Shown: positions 7,547 through 12,590 of the stretch, piece after piece
Layout of the letters: each line of letters begins with the position of its first letter
How positions within the stretch are numbered: the first letter of the stretch is position 1
Origin: Promethearchaeia archaeon
Lineage (GTDB): Archaea; Asgardarchaeota; Lokiarchaeia; Sigyniarchaeales; SOKP01
DNA: 12,590 nt
Direction of reading: 5' to 3'
Assembly: GCA_029856105.1 (NCBI GenBank)
Contig: JAHQWH010000235.1
Coordinates: 1-12,590 of the forward strand
Notes under the pieces: generated by a model
Seen by the model: the letters and a program-made list of their open reading frames with translations, nothing else
Databases searched by the model: none
Told to the model about the DNA's origin: nothing
Made by a program: the position numbers and the translations under genes

Positions 7547-9415
7547 TTAATCATCTAAAAACGAGCTGTATTTTACCTCGTGTTTATGTTTCTCTATCGT
7601 TGAGTTAGAGTCTGGTTCAGAATCCCACTCGTATAATTGTGATGTTTTTTGCTCTTGTTTCTTTGTTACGACGCTTTCTTTGATAGTTTTTTTTTCTATT
7701 TGTTTGAGCACCTCGAAATCGTTATCTTTTCCGAAACACTCGTAGCCAAATTGAACCATCTGCTCGCTTGTGAATTCTTCTTTAATGTATAATAAATCGG
7801 TCTCGCTAAATGGTGTGCTCTGCAAGTAATAGGGGGTCTTAAATTCGGTCGTTAACTCTTTTTTAGTATTGTAAAATTTAAGGTAGAAATATGCAATGAT
7901 GAAAAGATAAATCCCTATGACAGCGAACGCGATGTTATTGAACAACCTCAGGAGGAAATGCAATTGCGAAAAATAGATAACAAACAGTACTATAGAATAT
8001 CCGAGAAACGGAAGGGAAGCCATCCTTAGATTCGAACGAAATCTATTATCTGTGTTTTGGTATAACTCGATTAAATTAGTTTTTTTATCGCGAGATTCGA
8101 TTAGTTGGTACTTTTTCTCCAAGAATCTTAGTAAATTGGCGATGTTAGTTCGATCGATAATGTGTAAATTTGTCTTTCTTTGGTATGGAAAAAGAATCGA
8201 TTTTTCCAGACATTTAGCGGGAATTTTGGTAACAAAAATGGGTTCGATTAAAACTTTGTATTGAGTCTGTCCTGAAACGAAAAATAGTTTGTTGTTTTTT
8301 GCGCTTTTTTCGGCCGTAAATCTTACTTGCAAGTATTTTTGAAAGAAATTTCGAAATTTATTGCCGTTAACGACGTCTTCAAATATAGCGTCTTTGGTTC
8401 TTAAAAGATCATCCGTATAATGGTTCGCAGTAAGCATTGAGTCCGATTCTTGGCCATTCGAGTAAATCTTATAGCCTATTTTCTCTTCGTCTACAAGTAT
8501 CGTTCCTTCTAAGTCGCAAAGTTTTATTGGTACTAGAAATATAAGTTTCAAATTGTTGTTAACGCTTACGATCTTGAACCCGATGTAATCGATATTCTGG
8601 AAAAATGGCATTAAAACGCTTAATGTATTTGGAATTATGTAATACCCTGAATTTTTTAACAATTCTTCGATTTTTGTTTTAGTTTCTTCCCGTTCATCTC
8701 GTATTTTTGATGTTTTTGGAACATTTTCAACTTCAAAAGTCTCACTTATCTCCGGAACAAAAGAGCTTTCTTCCCGGGAATCTTCTTCTAGTGATTTAGG
8801 TTTTTCAACCACAAAAGATTCTTCATTGAATGTATTATCTATCTGTTCCTGAAGTGGTTCTTCGATTTTTTCAATCTCTACTTTAGATTCTTTTAACGTT
8901 TTTTCTAAGATGGGGGGATGAGAAGCTGTAAGTCGAGAATAATTAAATTTATCACTAAACCACTGTTTTTGGAAAGTTTCGAGGGGTTTTTCTTCTCTTT
9001 GCACCTTTTCCTGTGGGAGTTCCTCCTCAACAATTACATCAGTAACTTCAAAGGTTTCACTATTATCAAATTCGGTTTTCTTTTCTTTCTTTAATATTTC
9101 AGTAGTTTTTTCTATTACATGATTCTGTTTATCGACAGAATTTTGTTCTTGAAATTCACCAAGAAGATTTTTCGCTTCCTCTATAAATTTCCTAGCCGTA
9201 GCTATACCAACTCCAGGAGCTTCAGATAGTTTCTCGGGCGTTAGTTCGGCAAGTTGTCGATAGGTGTAAATTCTCCTAGCGTTTAACTTTTCGACAGTAC
9301 CAGGGCCAATGCCTTTAATCTTAGTGAGGTCATTGGTAGATTGAGGTAGTTTATCCGTTAGTTCTTCGGGAACATCGAGAATTATTTCCGGCGATTTTTG
9401 ATATACATTTGTCAT
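7547..9415 (-). CDS. Membrane-anchored helix-hairpin-helix protein: N-terminal (HhH)2, acidic linker, degenerate PD-(D/E)XK-like domain, TM hairpin, C-terminal domain
   Basis: DLTKIKGIGPGTVEKL...LSEAPGVGIATARKF gives two HhH motifs. E/K-rich linker at about aa 90-245. KIEELLKNSGYYII...NIDYIGFK...IFLVPIK matches the restriction-endonuclease-like pattern. Two TM segments at about 7875-8017. Confidence 0.82.
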   Translation of the reverse strand: MTNVYQKSPEIILDVPEELTDKLPQSTNDLTKIKGIGPGTVEKLNARRIYTYRQLAELTPEKLSEAPGVGIATARKFIEEAKNLLGEFQEQNSVDKQNHVIEKTTEILKKEKKTEFDNSETFEVTDVIVEEELPQEKVQREEKPLETFQKQWFSDKFNYSRLTASHPPILEKTLKESKVEIEKIEEPLQEQIDNTFNEESFVVEKPKSLEEDSREESSFVPEISETFEVENVPKTSKIRDEREETKTKIEELLKNSGYYIIPNTLSVLMPFFQNIDYIGFKIVSVNNNLKLIFLVPIKLCDLEGTILVDEEKIGYKIYSNGQESDSMLTANHYTDDLLRTKDAIFEDVVNGNKFRNFFQKYLQVRFTAEKSAKNNKLFFVSGQTQYKVLIEPIFVTKIPAKCLEKSILFPYQRKTNLHIIDRTNIANLLRFLEKKYQLIESRDKKTNLIELYQNTDNRFRSNLRMASLPFLGYSIVLFVIYFSQLHFLLRLFNNIAFAVIGIYLFIIAYFYLKFYNTKKELTTEFKTPYYLQSTPFSETDLLYIKEEFTSEQMVQFGYECFGKDNDFEVLKQIEKKTIKESVVTKKQEQKTSQLYEWDSEPDSNSTIEKHKHEVKYSSFLDD

Positions 9416-9492
9416 AGGGATCTGATTGAAAAAAATAATCCCAGATATTTAAATAAAAAATTAGCTATGTTTAATTAACAACGAAAAATTTC

Positions 9493-9500
9493 AGGTGAGG
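9493..9500 (+). promoter_or_regulatory. Shine-Dalgarno site for hydrolase gene
   Basis: AGGTGAGG 6 nt upstream of ATG 9507. Confidence 0.6.
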
Positions 9501-9506
9501 TAAAAA

Positions 9507-10403
9507 ATGAATGTGGTAGAGATGAAAAATCAAAGGAATTCCAAATTTTATAAGGATGTAACCCCGAAACTTTATCAACGCCTTGTGGATTATAGAAAAA
9601 ATCATCCCATAAAAACTATTAAGTTCAGAAATAAGGAACTAGAATATATTAGCTGTGGAACTGGTGAAAAAACAGTTCTTACCTTTCATGGAGCACTTGG
9701 AAATGCCGAGGGTAATTTTCAAGCTATACAATTTTTTGAAAAAAAATATAGGGTTATCGCCCCTTCAATTATCAATTTTGAAAGTTTGGATGAATTTAGT
9801 GAAGGAGTGAATGATATTCTAAAAAAAGAATATGTGAAAAAATATATTTTAATAGGTCAGAGTTTTGGAAGTTTTATGGCTCAACCGTATTTCCATAGAA
9901 ATTATTCAAATATAGAGGCGCTTATTCTTGTCAATAGTTATCCTCCAAAATATGAATGGGTAAAAGATTTTGAAAAATCGAATAAGATGCTTAAATTCAT
10001 ACCGGCTTTTCTATTAAGGAAGTTGATATCAAAAAAACTTTTAAAATTAGCCAATGAAGATAAAGAAATGAGTACTAGAATTCGGGAGGAGTATAATTTT
10101 TCAATGGCATTTATAAAAGAAAGATTTAGTAAAATAGAGAAAAGTGTTATATTATTCCAATCAATTCTCACAGGTGAATTCAATGGTGAAAAATACAATA
10201 TAGAAGATTATTACGGGTGGGATGGTAAAGTTCTTATTTTTACGGCAAATGATGATCATGGATTTCCTTATCATGAGGAATTAAAAAGTCAATATCCTAA
10301 TGTGGAAGAAGTAATATTTGAGAATGTAGGGCATATGGGCACTTTGCTTAAAAGAGATGAATATCATGCTATTTTGAACAGATTTTTAGATTTATTAAAT
10401 TAA
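9507..10403 (+). CDS. Alpha/beta-fold hydrolase
   Basis: FHG oxyanion motif, GQSFG nucleophile elbow, candidate acid in TANDD, catalytic His in NVGHM. Confidence 0.92.
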   Translation: MNVVEMKNQRNSKFYKDVTPKLYQRLVDYRKNHPIKTIKFRNKELEYISCGTGEKTVLTFHGALGNAEGNFQAIQFFEKKYRVIAPSIINFESLDEFSEGVNDILKKEYVKKYILIGQSFGSFMAQPYFHRNYSNIEALILVNSYPPKYEWVKDFEKSNKMLKFIPAFLLRKLISKKLLKLANEDKEMSTRIREEYNFSMAFIKERFSKIEKSVILFQSILTGEFNGEKYNIEDYYGWDGKVLIFTANDDHGFPYHEELKSQYPNVEEVIFENVGHMGTLLKRDEYHAILNRFLDLLN

Positions 10404-10626
10404 AAAAATTTAGATTCTTCTCGTTGTATTTCAAATAGAGCAATTTTCGTAATTTATCAAAAAAACAATTTTTTATTTAAATAAGGTTATCGGATTAGTT
10501 AATAGATATACTATTTTAACAAAGTTTTTGTCAAATTAAAGCCCCCAAAACACCCAGTGTTGTTATAAACAAGTCTCCCCTTGCTGTTTCTGACGAGTAA
10601 GGCATGCAATTAGACAAAAACGACTC

Positions 10627-10644
10627 TTTTTTTCCTTTATATTT
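10627..10644 (+). repeat. Direct repeat copy 1 (TTTTTTTCCTTTATATTT), left flank of methyltransferase gene
   Basis: 18/18 identical to 11325-11342. Both copies are followed by GAACAT (after 8 extra nt in copy 1). Confidence 0.6.
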
Positions 10645-10689
10645 ATTATATTGAACATCTAGATTTTTAGAGGGAAAAAAATAATTCTT

Positions 10690-11244
10690 TTATTGATTCT
10701 TTAAATAATTTAAAATTAAAGAGTCTTCAATCCATGCCCAGTGGAACATAGGTCTTTTAAACTCTGCATTAAAATACAAACCATTTGCTTTCATTTTATT
10801 ATGAATTTTATCCAAATTAAAGTGTTCATTTCCTCCTCGGTGTGTTGCATGATATGATACAAATCCTCCTTTTATCAAAACTCGGGATGCTTCCATGAAT
10901 AATTTATTTCTCTCATCATCATCTAATAAATGAAGGATATCATACATCAACACGACATCCATAGATTCATCAGATAAAGGGAATTCAATCTCACCTGAGG
11001 TCTTGATGATTTCTATGTTTTTTATTTTTTCTTTTTCTATTTTGCTAATTAAATCTCTAAGCAAACCTTCCTCGTCTGAATCTAAGGCATAAACTTTTCC
11101 AGAACCACCAACAATCCTAGAAGCGAACACGGTATACACTCCAGTTCCACATCCAAAATCTAAGATTTGCTGTCCCTTCTTTATTCCTATTTCTCGAAGG
11201 ATTATTTCCCCTTCTTTATCCATCCAATCTTGTAAATGTGTCAT
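10690..11244 (-). CDS. Class I SAM-dependent methyltransferase
   Basis: ILDFGCGTG motif I, VYALDSD acidic motif, FPLSDESMDVV, ASRVLIKGG. Confidence 0.93.
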   Translation of the reverse strand: MTHLQDWMDKEGEIILREIGIKKGQQILDFGCGTGVYTVFASRIVGGSGKVYALDSDEEGLLRDLISKIEKEKIKNIEIIKTSGEIEFPLSDESMDVVLMYDILHLLDDDERNKLFMEASRVLIKGGFVSYHATHRGGNEHFNLDKIHNKMKANGLYFNAEFKRPMFHWAWIEDSLILNYLKNQ

Positions 11245-11324
11245 TAACTCTAATAAAATAAATTATTTCAAAATATTAAATCTAATCCCTTAAAAGGATT
11301 TTTTAGATACAAGAACTTTTCTCA

Positions 11325-11342
11325 TTTTTTTCCTTTATATTT
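11325..11342 (+). repeat. Direct repeat copy 2, right flank of methyltransferase gene; contains TATA-like TTTATA
   Basis: Identical to 10627-10644. Lies in the divergent methyltransferase/helicase intergenic region. Confidence 0.6.
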
Positions 11343-11473
11343 GAACATAAGTAAGTTTTTGCATGGCAATCAACAGCGTAGGTATAGATTGGTGATAAAT
11401 AATTTCTTTAATTAACTTTACAAACGCCCTAAAGGATAAGGAAGACATTAAAGACGAGGAGATATTTCGGTAC

Positions 11474-12590
11474 GTGCAAGACGAAAGGATCCTTCGAGTA
11501 CTGTTTGAGCTAAAAATATTTAAATTGCGAGAAATCCAGAAAGAAGCGATTCAGAAGGGATTGTTTTTTCAAAAGTCTTTTTTAGTGTGTGCTCCCTCTG
11601 GAAGCGGTAAGACCTTAATTGGAGAAGTGTGTGCCGTAAACAATGTATTTCAAAGGTTTGGCAAATCTATCTATCTCGTACCATATAAAGCTTTAGCCAC
11701 CGAGAAATATTTTCATTTTAAAAAAAGCTACGAGCGGTTTGGAGTTAAAACCGAATTATCGATCGGCGATTATGATGTGGATGACGACAAGTTAGAACAA
11801 GCAGATATAGTAGTAACCACTTACGAAAAGATGGATTCGATTCTTAGAAATTTTTATGATAAAGATTGGATTTTCGACATCACTACTATAATTATTGATG
11901 AGATACATATAATTGGAGAGTCCGATCGAGGCCCGCGCTTAGAATCTCTTATAGTGAGAATGAACGAATTCTTACGCAACCCACAAATTATCGGACTTTC
12001 GGCAACCATCGCAAATCCTGAGTTTTTTAATGATTGGCTCTCTTCTTTAGGAAATCAAACGACACTTATTATCTCGGACGAACGACCGGTACCGCTCCAC
12101 TATAGAATTGAAGTGAGTCAAAACAAAGATTCTACCATTAAAAAAATAGTTAAATCAACTTTAGAGGATCGCGGTCAGATATTAATATTTCTAAACAGAA
12201 GGAAGGCAACCCAACAAGTCGCTCAGAACTTAAAAAACTTAATAAAAGTACACATCTCCGAAAACGAGCTAAAAGCGTGTAAAAATATAGGCGATAAACT
12301 CAACAAGATTAAGGGAAGGCATAACGAGCTAAAGAAGGTCGTAAAGTGCGGGGTTGCGTTTCATCACGCGGGATTACTTTCCAAAGAAAGAAGACTCATT
12401 GAGGACGCTTATCGGAAACACATGTTAAAAGTTATATGCTGTACTACCACTTTAAGTGCGGGCATAAATGTCCCTGCTCGGGTGGTGATAGTAAAAGACT
12501 TCAAAAAATATGTTACTTCAGGACACAACATAAGAAATTTTAAGGGCTTTTATGAAAACGGAGACGGATTTTCCTACTTTAAAGCTTTTT
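11474..12590 (+). CDS. Ski2/Hel308-like SF2 DExH-box helicase (partial, runs off window end; start uncertain, frame open from 11399)
   Basis: Not in the supplied ORF track; translated by hand. Q motif LREIQKEAI, I APSGSGKT (11591), Ia VPYKALATEK, Ib TTYEK, II DEIH, RGPRLE, III GLSAT, RPVPL, IV IFLNRRK, FHHAGL, V CCTTTLSAGINVPA. First in-frame GTG is at 11474. Confidence 0.93.
   Translation, partial: MQDERILRVLFELKIFKLREIQKEAIQKGLFFQKSFLVCAPSGSGKTLIGEVCAVNNVFQRFGKSIYLVPYKALATEKYFHFKKSYERFGVKTELSIGDYDVDDDKLEQADIVVTTYEKMDSILRNFYDKDWIFDITTIIIDEIHIIGESDRGPRLESLIVRMNEFLRNPQIIGLSATIANPEFFNDWLSSLGNQTTLIISDERPVPLHYRIEVSQNKDSTIKKIVKSTLEDRGQILIFLNRRKATQQVAQNLKNLIKVHISENELKACKNIGDKLNKIKGRHNELKKVVKCGVAFHHAGLLSKERRLIEDAYRKHMLKVICCTTTLSAGINVPARVVIVKDFKKYVTSGHNIRNFKGFYENGDGFSYFKAF

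Noticed and set aside
5829-10198. Antisense ORFs 5829-6017, 7033-7272, 8052-8264, 9938-10198
   Set aside because: Shadows of better-supported genes on the opposite strand.
10590-10626. CTGACGAG resembling a hammerhead ribozyme core
   Set aside because: No stem II followed by GAAA and no closing stems could be found.
1-12590. CRISPR array, tRNA/rRNA, transposase or integrase
   Set aside because: No regularly spaced repeats, cloverleaf or recombinase motifs were seen by eye.

Overview
AT-rich archaeal-looking window, probably from an Asgard/Lokiarchaeia-type genome (inference from GGTGA ribosome-binding sites and a Hel308/Ski2-type helicase). It opens with the 3' end of a group II intron: the last codons of the intron-encoded ORF, a canonical 34-nt domain V and domain VI, ending at about 150. 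Next comes a ThiF/E1-like adenylyltransferase. The core is a tightly coupled minus-strand four-gene operon (6842->1116). It encodes a 4-TM protein, a 2-TM-anchored helical protein, a 1255-aa membrane protein and a small coiled-coil protein. The 1255-aa protein has two duplicated [TM hairpin + alpha/beta] modules and a HerA/VirB4/FtsK-like ATPase domain whose Walker A, Walker B and Arg finger are all degenerate. Upstream and co-oriented is a 622-aa membrane-anchored protein with an HhH DNA-binding module and an apparently degenerate PD-(D/E)XK domain. A divergent Ski2/Hel308-like helicase runs off the right end. Three of the membrane proteins share a terminal YxxFL motif. The operon, the HhH gene and the helicase are CpG-rich. 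The intervening hydrolase and methyltransferase are CpG-poor, and the methyltransferase is flanked by an 18-bp direct repeat. The best candidate new system is a membrane-bound, pseudoenzyme-rich DNA handling/transfer or cell-contact apparatus. All family assignments are by-eye motif recognition; no searches were run.
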